Source: Burkholderiales bacterium (GTDB lineage: Bacteria; Pseudomonadota; Gammaproteobacteria; Burkholderiales; WYBJ01). Taken from it: a stretch of 64,000 nt of DNA. The position numbers were made by a program, and so were the translations under genes. Below are positions 27,802 to 36,011 of this stretch, one piece after another (position 1 is the first letter of the stretch; each line of letters begins with the position of its first letter). The DNA is taken from assembly GCA_020848435.1 (NCBI GenBank), contig JADLAC010000037.1:108355-172354 (forward strand), written 5' to 3'. Under the pieces are notes generated by a model. It had not been told where the DNA came from, did not search any database, and saw only the letters and a list, made by a program, of their open reading frames with translations.

Positions 27802-28221
27802 ATGCGAATCGCGGTTGCGCTGGTGATGGTTCTCGGGCTGCTGGCAGCGGGGTGCAGCCCCTCGGTGGCGCTCAAAAAGGAGGCAAGCATGGAACAGGAA
27901 AAACGAGGGCCGCTGCCCGAGGTCGCGCCGGTATCGCGCGGCGGTGTCCGCTACGAGCCCGTCACCTTCGAAAAGAGCGAAGGTCTCGACCAGAACAGCG
28001 GCTACATCGCGGCGGTCGACGAAGCGACCGGGATGCGCAAGTGGGTGCTCAAGGTCTACGCCGTGTCCTACAACAACGACCTCGAGGCCGATTTGCAGGA
28101 CGTTTTCATCAAGCGCCTGGAGCTCAGTGCCGACGGCAGCCGGCTCTACGTCACCAACGAAGAGGAGCGCCGCTTCGAGGTGAAGCTCGATGATCGCACG
28201 GTAAGAGAGCTGAAGAAGTAG
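27802..28221 (+). CDS. small lipoprotein of unknown function
   Basis: 139 aa from MRIAVALVMVLGLLAAGCSP (lipobox LAAG-C). It lies 55 bp downstream of the metalloprotease on the same strand. The upstream part of track ORF 27631..28221 was rejected. Confidence 0.65.
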   Translation: MRIAVALVMVLGLLAAGCSPSVALKKEASMEQEKRGPLPEVAPVSRGGVRYEPVTFEKSEGLDQNSGYIAAVDEATGMRKWVLKVYAVSYNNDLEADLQDVFIKRLELSADGSRLYVTNEEERRFEVKLDDRTVRELKK

Positions 28222-28271
28222 CCCGTCAGCGCGTTGGTTCCGCTGCGGAGCGGCCCGATGGAATAGCCGGG

Positions 28272-28865
28272 CTAGTTCTCCGGCAGCGGCGCTCGAACGA
28301 GGCGAGCCGGCCTGCGCGACAGGCCGAGCAGCCCGAGCACGCCGAGCCCGGCCAGCAGCATGGCCCAGGTGCGCGGCTCGGGCACGGGCAGCGCCATGGC
28401 GTTGGTCAGCGTGAAGGCGAGGTCTTCGTAGGTATCGTTAGTAGCGTAGAGATCCTCGAAGCGAACACGCAGCGTGTTGCCCCCGAGCTCCTCGACGATC
28501 GCGTGCGTAAAGCCGTCGGGATTGCGGCTCGCCGGGCCGGTGTAGTAGATGGCTTCCAAGTCCCCGCCGAGGCCGTCGGGGTAGACCTCGATACCGAACT
28601 TGAGCTCGCCCGAGGCGAACGTGCCCAGATTCACTTCCGTACCGGGGGCCGTCGCTTGATTGTTGAAGATATTGGGCAGCGGGTTATCCGGGTGGTCCAG
28701 GAACAGCAGGCTGGTGTAGCTCGCGCCGCCGTTGCCTTCGAAGGTCGCCACGACATCGATATTCGAGTCCACGGCGAAAATCAGGTCGCCCAAGCCGGCA
28801 TGCGCGAGTCCCGAGAGCCCGATCGATGCGGCGGCTGCGAGCGCTGCGGCGAATCTTCTTGTCAT
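28272..28865 (-). CDS. PEP-CTERM-anchored secreted protein (possibly DUF4114-like domain)
   Basis: 197 aa. Signal peptide MTRRFAAALAAAASIGLSGLAHA, and a C-terminal PVPEPRTWAMLLAGLGVLGLLGLSRR, which is the PEP motif + TM + basic tail. VRFEDLYATNDTYEDLAFTLTN resembles the DUF4114 signature; that match is tentative. Confidence 0.8.
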   Translation of the reverse strand: MTRRFAAALAAAASIGLSGLAHAGLGDLIFAVDSNIDVVATFEGNGGASYTSLLFLDHPDNPLPNIFNNQATAPGTEVNLGTFASGELKFGIEVYPDGLGGDLEAIYYTGPASRNPDGFTHAIVEELGGNTLRVRFEDLYATNDTYEDLAFTLTNAMALPVPEPRTWAMLLAGLGVLGLLGLSRRPARLVRAPLPEN

Positions 28866-28963
28866 AGCTGTCTCCCGGTCGAATGACTTGCACCGAAGCA
28901 GTAACCACGTGGCGGCGACCGCACGATTGTGCCACGCTGCTACGCCGCGGCAAGTGAACTGAA

Positions 28964-29998
28964 TCACGCGCGCTCTGGGACGTGGACCACTTCGGTGCGT
29001 CCCAGGGAGTCGACAAAATATGCGCGTGCCGAGGCATAGCGCGCGAGCAGGGCATGGGCGCGCGGCGGCGCCAGCAGTGACAGGGTGGTGGAGAGACCAT
29101 CGGCCAGGGTGGCGCGCGGGGCCGCCGCGGAAACCGAAAGGTAGTGGTTGGCGCTGCGCCCCGTGTAGGGATCGAGCAGGTGATGGATCCGCGGGTCGGG
29201 ACCGAAGGTCGTGCCGTAGCCGGCCGAGGTCGCGAGCGCCGGGAAGGCACCGGGGCCCTCGCCGAGCGCGAGGGTCGCCAGCATACGCGCGGGGTCGCGC
29301 GGGTCGCGCACCGCGGCCTGCCAGGGGAGGCCGTCGGCGCGTTGTCCGAGCGCGCGCGCTTCGCCCAGGTCGACCAGGACGTGATCGAATCCGGCGGCGC
29401 GTAGCCGATCCGCCGCGCGGTCGGTGATGAAGCCTTGCGCGATCCCGTTGAGCGTGATCGCCATGCCAGGCTTGCGCAGCCGGATGCGATCCGAGCCGAC
29501 TTCGATCGAACGGTAATCGACCCGCCGCAGGACGCGCGCAATCTCCTCCTGCGAGGGCGCGCGAACGGCGCCGCGCGCGAAGTGGCAGGCATAAAGCCGG
29601 TACAGCGGCTGAATGCTCGGGTCGAACGCGCCTTCGCTCGCCCTCGCCAGGGCAAGCCCGAAGGCGAGCAATTCGACCAGCTCGTGCGGCGGGGCGTACA
29701 GCGCGCCGGCCGCGTTCAATCTCACCAGCGCCGAGTCGGCGCGGTAAAGGCTGAAGATCGCCTCCAGCCGCGCGATCTCGTCCACGCAGGCGTCGATCGC
29801 CGCGCGTGCCTTGGCGCGATCCGGATGCACCAGCGTCATCGCCGCGGCCGCGCCCATGACCGTGCCGCGCCACGTGCTCACGGCCGGCGCCGTCATGCCG
29901 CGGGCCAGTGCGATCGGCCCGGCCGCCGCGCACGCCGCGACGATGGAGAGGAATCGACGGCGCGTCTTCATGGCGAGCGGGTGGGCGTGTTTCGTCAT
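28964..29998 (-). CDS. apbE: FAD:protein FMN transferase (ApbE family)
   Basis: MTKHAHPLAMKTRRRFLSIVAACAAAG (Tat-like signal) followed by the ApbE body (FDPSIQPLYRLY, ITLNGIAQGFITDRAA, DGLSTTLSLL). The start could also be 29971 or 30028. Confidence 0.85.
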   Translation of the reverse strand: MTKHAHPLAMKTRRRFLSIVAACAAAGPIALARGMTAPAVSTWRGTVMGAAAAMTLVHPDRAKARAAIDACVDEIARLEAIFSLYRADSALVRLNAAGALYAPPHELVELLAFGLALARASEGAFDPSIQPLYRLYACHFARGAVRAPSQEEIARVLRRVDYRSIEVGSDRIRLRKPGMAITLNGIAQGFITDRAADRLRAAGFDHVLVDLGEARALGQRADGLPWQAAVRDPRDPARMLATLALGEGPGAFPALATSAGYGTTFGPDPRIHHLLDPYTGRSANHYLSVSAAAPRATLADGLSTTLSLLAPPRAHALLARYASARAYFVDSLGRTEVVHVPERA

Positions 29999-30013
29999 GC
30001 GCGTGCCTGTCGT

Positions 30014-30110
30014 GCGGGTCGGATCCATCAGCGGGTCGGGTCCATCATCGGGGATGGGTCTATCGGCCGGGTCGGGTCCATCACGTGGCTCGGGTCCGTC
30101 ATGCGGGTCG
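30014..30110. repeat. imperfect tandem repeat, 17-18 bp period, 5-6 units (consensus about GCGGGTCGGGTCCATCA)
   Basis: Read directly from the sequence: gcgggtcggatccatca / gcgggtcgggtccatca / tcggggatgggtctatcg / gccgggtcgggtccatca / cgtggctcgggtccgtca / tgcgggtcg. It fills most of the 136-bp spacer between the nosR-like stop and the apbE start. Confidence 0.8.
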
Positions 30111-30134
30111 TATCTCGCGGGCGCCGCACTGCGG

Positions 30135-32387
30135 TCACGGCGCGGTCTCGGCCGGGCGCTGCGCGTGAGCCGCAGCCGCGGCGCCGCTTTCGGCGCCTAG
30201 CGCGGGCGCCATGGCCGAGCGCCGCTCGCGCTTCAGGCGCCGCTGAATGCGCACCGGGCACTTGTGGTCGTGGTAATACAGCATCTGGCAGTGCAGGCAG
30301 GAAATGCACTCGTTGGGATTGATGTGCCCTTCGGGATGAATCGCTTCGACCGGGCAGTCCTTGAAGCAGCGCTGGCAAGGATTGCCGCATTCGCGATAGC
30401 GCTTGAGCCAATCGAACATGCGAATGCGCCCCGGAATCGCGAGTGCCGCGCCGAGCGGACACAGGTAGCGACAGAAGAAGCGCTCGATGAACAGTCCCGC
30501 CGCCAGCAGCACAAGCGCGTAGGCCACGAACCACCATTCGCGCATGAAGCGCAGGATGACCGCGGTCTTGAACGGCTCGATCTCCGAGAGCATTTCGGCG
30601 TAGGCGAGGGAGCCGAGCGATACGCCGAACAGGCCGAGAAAGATGATGTACTTGATCGGCCACAGGCGCTCGTGCACGCGCCAGGGAATCTTGTATTGCG
30701 GTACCTTCAAGGCCCGTGCGGCCCGGTTGGTCAGCTCTTGCAGCGCGCCGAACGGGCACAGCCAGCCGCAGAAGGGGCCGCGGCCCCAGAACAGCAGCGC
30801 CGCCGCCACCGAGCACCAGAGGATGAAAATGAGCGGGTCGACCAGGAACGCCGACCAATGGAAGCCTTCGCGCAGGGCAGTGGTGAACGTGAGCACATTG
30901 ACCACCGAGAGCTGCGCTTGCGCTGTCCACCCCAGCCAGACCAGGACGCCGGCAAGATACGCGTAGCGCACCCGCAGATAGAGCGTCTCGCGTCTCACCA
31001 GGAAGTCCTGGAAGAAGAAGATGACCGTGAGCACGCCGAGCATCAGGGCCAGCACGGCGATCGCGGCCGCCCTGCTGTACCAGATGCGCTGCCACAGCGG
31101 CGGTCCGGAGTCGAGGGCCTCAGGGGCCGCGTGCGTGCTGGATGCTGCCGTGCTCGCGCCGCCACCTGCCGGCGCCACGGCCTTGGTGTAGATCTCGGGC
31201 AACTGGTAGGCGAGGTCGAACGCGACGAACGCCTTGTCGAGCGCGCCGGTCGTGCGTTGCACGAGCAACTGCAGCCGCCATGGCGCGACCGGGTCGAAGT
31301 CGCTGTCCGCCGGGATGAGGAATGCGTCGATATCCTTGAGCTCGGGCGCGCCGGGCGCGTGCACGCTCGCCACGCGCCGGTGGTGACGGTCGCGAAAACG
31401 GATCGTCTCGGCGCCCTGGATGAGCTGGATGCGATCGAAGCTGTCCCCCGGGACATAGCCCGGCCCCTTGTACGAGTAGCCGCCGCCGCTCGCCACCAGG
31501 ATCGCCTGTTCTCCCGGTTCGAGCGACTTGGCAAGCGTCTCGTAGGCCTCCTCGCCGAGCAGGCTGCGGCCGATCGCCGGATGCGAGACGAGGGCGACGT
31601 AGAGGTCACTGAAGGTGTTTTCGCTCGGCGCGATTTCAGGGCGCTGCGCCGCTTCCTTGTCGCCCGAATCGACGAACGCCTTATTCACTTGTCCTACCGT
31701 GAGGAGCATGCGGCGTACCGCGCCCGCCTGCAGCAAGCCGTTCCAATCGACGCTCGGGCCGGCTTGGGGATCGAGCACGCGCGCCGCCGGCGCCGGCGCG
31801 GCGCCGCCCGCTTGCAGCGCGCGGCTCACCCGCACCGCGGAGCGTACGACGCTCTCGCCCATCACCAGCACCGTCACCGTGGCACCGCTCACGATGTCCG
31901 GATGCGGCGAGCCTTTGCCCGACGCGGCGGCCTTGACCGGGTTATAGCCCACGAACGATTGCAGATAGGCGACGACCTTGCGCTCCGGAATGCCGATCAG
32001 AACGATGGGCTCGCTGTGCTCGACCAGCTTCGCGCCGACGATGGTGCCTTCGAGATCGAGGCCGATGAGAATATGGATCGGCTTGCCGGAGTAACCGTTC
32101 GCGTCCACGTACTGCGAATTGAGGTAGACGTGGCCGAGCAGCTTGTCGGCGCGATACGCCGGCGCGACGAGCGGGGATTCGCGTACCGGCCCGAAGCGAT
32201 CCGCGCCCGGAATCACTTCACCCGGTGCCACCCTGGCGAGAAAGCCACCGAGGCTCGCCGCGGCGGATTGCGCGCCTGAGGGCCCCGTCGTGCTCGCCGT
32301 GCCGGGTTGCGCGTCTGCCGCCGCGGCGCATAGGCAAAGAAACCATGCTACGACTGCGAGCGCGGTATGGCGCATACGAAAGCTCAA
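30135..32387 (-). CDS. NosR/NirI-family membrane flavo-iron-sulfur protein
   Basis: 750 aa with a signal/anchor, a periplasmic FMN-binding domain carrying the flavinylation motif DIVSGATVT, multiple TM segments, CPFGALQE and CPLGAALA (CX3CP) motifs, and C-terminal ferredoxin-type Cys clusters (CGNPCQRCFKDCP; CISCLHCQ...KCP). Confidence 0.85.
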   Translation of the reverse strand: MSFRMRHTALAVVAWFLCLCAAAADAQPGTASTTGPSGAQSAAASLGGFLARVAPGEVIPGADRFGPVRESPLVAPAYRADKLLGHVYLNSQYVDANGYSGKPIHILIGLDLEGTIVGAKLVEHSEPIVLIGIPERKVVAYLQSFVGYNPVKAAASGKGSPHPDIVSGATVTVLVMGESVVRSAVRVSRALQAGGAAPAPAARVLDPQAGPSVDWNGLLQAGAVRRMLLTVGQVNKAFVDSGDKEAAQRPEIAPSENTFSDLYVALVSHPAIGRSLLGEEAYETLAKSLEPGEQAILVASGGGYSYKGPGYVPGDSFDRIQLIQGAETIRFRDRHHRRVASVHAPGAPELKDIDAFLIPADSDFDPVAPWRLQLLVQRTTGALDKAFVAFDLAYQLPEIYTKAVAPAGGGASTAASSTHAAPEALDSGPPLWQRIWYSRAAAIAVLALMLGVLTVIFFFQDFLVRRETLYLRVRYAYLAGVLVWLGWTAQAQLSVVNVLTFTTALREGFHWSAFLVDPLIFILWCSVAAALLFWGRGPFCGWLCPFGALQELTNRAARALKVPQYKIPWRVHERLWPIKYIIFLGLFGVSLGSLAYAEMLSEIEPFKTAVILRFMREWWFVAYALVLLAAGLFIERFFCRYLCPLGAALAIPGRIRMFDWLKRYRECGNPCQRCFKDCPVEAIHPEGHINPNECISCLHCQMLYYHDHKCPVRIQRRLKRERRSAMAPALGAESGAAAAAHAQRPAETAP

Positions 32388-32468
32388 CGCCCTCGACCTG
32401 ATTGTGGGATCATTGCGACGTGAAACCCTGTCCCGCGATGCTGCCGTTTCGTCGCTAGCGGAGCCCGG

Positions 32469-33395
32469 ATGATGCGCGAGCCGTTACTCCAGCGCAACCC
32501 TGATATCGGCCCGATTACACTCGCCTCGCTCGTGGGCATTGCCAACGCGATCGAGCAGGAAGCCGTGCGGCGCTATGGCTTGCTCGCCGAGAGCATGGAG
32601 AGCCGCGGCGAAGCACAAACGGCGGCCGCGTTTCGTACCATGCTCGAAGAGGAGCGCGCGCACGTGGTCGCGGTGGCACGCTGGGCGGCGACCCTGCACG
32701 AGCCGGTGCCCGAGGCCGCGCTGTTCGAATGGCGCTTGCCGGCCGATCTGTCGAAACCCTGGGAAGAGGTCGCTCGCAGCGCGCGGTTGACGCCGTACCG
32801 GGCGTTCGCCATCGCGGTCGACAACGAGCAGCGCGCGTTCGCGCTCTACAGCTATCTCGCGGCACAGGCCGACGACCCGGCGGTCGCGGCCCAGGCCGAG
32901 CAGCTCGCGCGCGAAGAGCTGCGTCACGCGGCCGTGGTACGCCGCTGGCGCCGCCAGGCGTGGCATCGCGAGCGCGACGCACTGAAGGAGCCTCTGACTG
33001 CCGTGGCGCCGGCCATCACGTCGGCCGCCGCCTTGCACGCGCTACTTGCATCTCGCGAAGCCGCGGTGGTGGCTTGTCAGCGCGCGCTCGGCGCGCGACT
33101 GCGTGCCCTCGGCGATCTCGACAGCGCTCGGTTGCTCGAGGAGCTGGCCGCGCTGCCGCCGTTGCCGCCCGCGGCGGAGGCTTCGCAGGCAATCGAGACG
33201 CCTGCGAGCGACAACCCCGCGCATTTGTTGGCCGCGGCGCAAGCGCCGCTCGAAGCGCTCAGCGAAACCTTGGAGGGGATCATGCGTACCACCGAAGGCG
33301 AGCTGTTCGCGCAAGTGGAGCAGGCTTACTCCAGCGTGATCGCGCGTATCGCGAAGATCGCGCTGCAAACCGAGCGCCGGTTGCACCCGCGATAG
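32469..33395 (+). CDS. ferritin-like (rubrerythrin-type di-iron four-helix bundle) domain protein with Ala/Leu-rich C-terminal extension
   Basis: Four helix motifs in the expected order: AIEQEAVRRY, LEEERAHV (ExxH), AVDNEQRAFALY and AREELRHA (ExxH). The roughly 130-aa C-terminal part is unassigned. Confidence 0.6.
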   Translation: MMREPLLQRNPDIGPITLASLVGIANAIEQEAVRRYGLLAESMESRGEAQTAAAFRTMLEEERAHVVAVARWAATLHEPVPEAALFEWRLPADLSKPWEEVARSARLTPYRAFAIAVDNEQRAFALYSYLAAQADDPAVAAQAEQLAREELRHAAVVRRWRRQAWHRERDALKEPLTAVAPAITSAAALHALLASREAAVVACQRALGARLRALGDLDSARLLEELAALPPLPPAAEASQAIETPASDNPAHLLAAAQAPLEALSETLEGIMRTTEGELFAQVEQAYSSVIARIAKIALQTERRLHPR

Positions 33396-33417
33396 CCGCC
33401 CGTGGTGGGGCACCGTG

Positions 33418-33554
33418 GTGGGGTCTTGCACGTTCCAGTTAGGTGCTTTGCATTACATCCTGTGCAACGTGCAAGAGCTGACCCCGAATAAAGCGCCGTG
33501 CAATGTGCAAGACCTGACGCCGAATGCCCCAATGCCCAGGACCTGACACCGAAT
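33418..33554. repeat. dispersed intergenic repeat family, locus 1 (core GTGCAA-GTGCAAGACCTGAC-CCGAAT)
   Basis: Direct units at 33462-33489 and 33498-33525 (25/28 identical, 36-bp period), plus a degenerate third unit at 33535-33554 that contains the bicupin ATG. An inverted partial copy ggtcttgcacgtt lies at 33422-33434. CGTGGTGGGG occurs twice at 33401-33423. Confidence 0.7.
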
Positions 33555-34371
33555 GACCGCGACCACGCTGGTGCACGTCGACGAGGTGGCGCCCGAGAAC
33601 ATGCGCGCGGGCGAGGGCTGGGCGATCTCGGAATTCCGCTTGCCGATCTCGGGCAAGCACGGCAGCGCCAGCACGGTGTTCCACTCGATCTTCCGCCCCG
33701 GCTCGACCCACGCCAAACATTTGCACAGCCGCTGCGACGAGATCGCGGTCTATCTGCGCGGCCGCGGCGTCGTCGGCCAGGGCGATGAGCGCACCGAAGT
33801 GCGCCCAGGGCATTGCCGGTTGATGCCGAGGGGCTCCGAGCATTTCTTTTTCAACGAAACAGAGGATGAAGAAGCCCTGGTCGTGGGCTTCTATGTCGGC
33901 GCGAAGAGCGTCGAAGACACGGGCTACGCATTTCGCGGCAATGTCACCGCGGCCGATACCGCGATGCCGCGCGCAGCCGGCCTGCGCCACGGGATATTGG
34001 TCCATGTGGACGCGGTGAAGCCGATGCGCACTGGCTTGGGCTTTCAGGCTGACGGCGTCGACTTGCGCTTTCCGATCGGGCGCCACAACGGCGCCGACCA
34101 TGCGCTGTTCTGGCTCACGCTCGCGCCCGGTGCGACGTATCCCGTCCACCGCCACGAGCGCTGCGAGAAGGTCTATTACGTCATCCGCGGACATGCGCTG
34201 GCAGGCGTGGGGCAGGACCGGGTCGAGATTCGAGCAGGTCACGTGCACCTCATTTCCCGCGGCGTCGAGCATTCCCTCGCCAATACCAGCGCAAGCGAGC
34301 CGCTCGAGCTGATCGGGGTCTATACCGGCGCGGGCAGCTTGGAGGAATCCGGCTACTTGCGCCAGCAATAG
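33553..34371 (+). CDS. bicupin (two cupin domains)
   Basis: Two cupin metal motifs: HAKHLHSRCDEIAVYLRGRG...GSEHFF and YPVHRHERCEKVYYVIRGHA...GVEHSL. Confidence 0.7.
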   Translation: MTATTLVHVDEVAPENMRAGEGWAISEFRLPISGKHGSASTVFHSIFRPGSTHAKHLHSRCDEIAVYLRGRGVVGQGDERTEVRPGHCRLMPRGSEHFFFNETEDEEALVVGFYVGAKSVEDTGYAFRGNVTAADTAMPRAAGLRHGILVHVDAVKPMRTGLGFQADGVDLRFPIGRHNGADHALFWLTLAPGATYPVHRHERCEKVYYVIRGHALAGVGQDRVEIRAGHVHLISRGVEHSLANTSASEPLELIGVYTGAGSLEESGYLRQQ

Positions 34372-34961
34372 ACGCGGATGGGCGGGATGTTGAGCAGCTC
34401 GACGTCGGCGATTTCGGCCGAGCCGAAGACCCCACGGCCGAGGACCGCTACCCGGTCGCGCAGCTGGTAGGCGACGAAGCGCCCGCCGGGCGCGAGCACC
34501 TGGCGAATGGCGTGCAGAATGCTCTCGCCGACATGCCGCGGCATGGTGGAAAACGGAATGCCGGATATCACCACATCGGGCGCGGGCAGGGAATACCGCG
34601 CGAGCGTGCCGGCGATATGCTCGGCGCTACCTTCGTGCGCGATCAGACGCGGGTCGGCGATCTCCGTACGCACCAGCTCGGTGAAGCGGCGGTCGATTTC
34701 GATCGCCAGCAGCCTGCCCTCCCGCGGCATCGCGTTGAGCAGCGCCTGCGTGGTGCCGCCGGTGCCCGGCCCGAGCTCCACCACCGTGCGCGCTTCAGCC
34801 ACCGCACCCATGCGCACCAGGCGCCGCTCGAGAAACCCCGAGCTGGGCGCGACCGAGCCGACCTGCTTGGGCCGCGCCAGGAACCTCATGAAAAAAGCGA
34901 GCGCCTTCTCGGCTTGCGACGCGTTCTTCGCGACTTGTGCGGGGTCGAAGGAATCGTTCAT
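34353..34961 (-). CDS. class I SAM-dependent methyltransferase (phospholipid N-methyltransferase/COG3963-like)
   Basis: SAM motif I VVELGPGTGGTTQALL, then LLAIEID and VISGIPF. Its 3' end overlaps the convergent bicupin gene by 19 nt. Confidence 0.75.
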   Translation of the reverse strand: MNDSFDPAQVAKNASQAEKALAFFMRFLARPKQVGSVAPSSGFLERRLVRMGAVAEARTVVELGPGTGGTTQALLNAMPREGRLLAIEIDRRFTELVRTEIADPRLIAHEGSAEHIAGTLARYSLPAPDVVISGIPFSTMPRHVGESILHAIRQVLAPGGRFVAYQLRDRVAVLGRGVFGSAEIADVELLNIPPIRVYCWRK

Positions 34962-35138
34962 CGTGGCGCGAGTGTATCCCAGGTCGATGCTGTCGGGACA
35001 AGCGCCGGCGCGAATCGGGCGCGCTGCCGCCAGTCCATATCGTGGTCGCGCGACACTTGCCGGCGCCAGCCGATTGGCGATGACAAGGGCGCCGGTCTCG
35101 TAGAAAATGAACTATTTCGCGTGCCGAGAGGAACGAAC

Positions 35139-36011
35139 ATGAGCGCGATGCGCTACGAGAGGCCGGGAACGCTGGAGGCGGCGGTAGCGCTGCTTTCCGG
35201 TGCGACAGGCGCGGCGAGGGTGCTGGCCGGAGGCACCGATCTGCTGGTCCAGATGCGCACCGGCCGGATCGAGCCGCAGTTGCTGGTCGACTGCAAGGAC
35301 ATTCCCGAGATGACCGCCATCGTCGCCGATGACGGCGGCTTTCGCTTCGGCGCTGCTACGCCGTGCATGGCGCTGGTGGAACATGAAGCCTTCACCAAGG
35401 CGTGTCCGGGCGTGATCGACGGCGTCAAGCTGATCGGTTCGATCCAGGTGAAAGGCCGCGCGAGCGTGGGCGGGAACGTGTGCAATGCCTCGCCGGCGGC
35501 CGACAGTGTCCCGGCGCTCATCGCCGCCGGCGCCGTGGCGACCATCATCGGCCCCGGCGGCAGGCGCGAGACCCGGGTCGAGAACATCGCCACCGGTCCC
35601 GGCAAGACGTCGCTTGCGCGTGACGAGATACTGGTGTCGTTGCTGGTTCCACGCAAGCCGCCGCATTCCGCCGACGCCTATCTGCGCTTCACGCCCCGCA
35701 CGGAGATGGATATCGCGGTCGTATCCGCGGGGGTCAACCTGACGCTCGATCGCGACGGCGTGTGCCGCAAGGCGCGCGTGAGCCTGGGCGCGGTTGCCGA
35801 GCGCGCGTTGCTCGTGTCCGAAGCCGGCGCCGCCCTGATCGGCACCACGGTGGACGAGGCCGCTCTGGAGAAGCTCGCTGCGGCGGCGGCCGCGGCCTGC
35901 AAGCCGATCGACGATAAGCGCGGGACCAAGGCGTACCGGATCAAAGTGGCGGGCGTGCTGGCGCGGCGCGCCGCTCAAATTGCGCTCGACAGAGCAAGGA
36001 AGGTGAACTGA
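35139..36011 (+). CDS. xanthine dehydrogenase family FAD-binding (medium, CoxM-like) subunit
   Basis: MSAMRYERPGTLEAAVALL...RVLAGGTDLLVQMR...GGNVCNASPAADSVPALIA is typical of the FAD_binding_5/CO_deh_flav_C architecture. It lies inside track ORF 34512..36011. Confidence 0.85.
   Translation: MSAMRYERPGTLEAAVALLSGATGAARVLAGGTDLLVQMRTGRIEPQLLVDCKDIPEMTAIVADDGGFRFGAATPCMALVEHEAFTKACPGVIDGVKLIGSIQVKGRASVGGNVCNASPAADSVPALIAAGAVATIIGPGGRRETRVENIATGPGKTSLARDEILVSLLVPRKPPHSADAYLRFTPRTEMDIAVVSAGVNLTLDRDGVCRKARVSLGAVAERALLVSEAGAALIGTTVDEAALEKLAAAAAAACKPIDDKRGTKAYRIKVAGVLARRAAQIALDRARKVN

Noticed and set aside
28272-29933. 553-aa ORF fusing the PEP-CTERM gene with sequence antisense/out of frame to apbE. 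Analogous over-long track ORFs are 20146..21948, 47630..49108, 51103..52746, 61665..63368, 7668..9140 and 13985..16882
   Set aside because: In each case the recognisable protein begins at an internal start that has a signal peptide or family N-terminus and often a ribosome-binding site. The N-terminal extensions are compositionally aberrant and overlap neighbouring genes.
30014-30110. Possible CRISPR array
   Set aside because: The repeat period is only 17-18 bp, the units abut with no spacers, and no cas genes are present. It is a simple tandem repeat.
30028-31095. 355-aa ORF ending in MDPTR-like peptide repeats, which could suggest a repeat protein
   Set aside because: It lies out of frame inside the well-supported nosR-like gene. 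The peptide repeats are simply the translation of the intergenic DNA tandem repeat.
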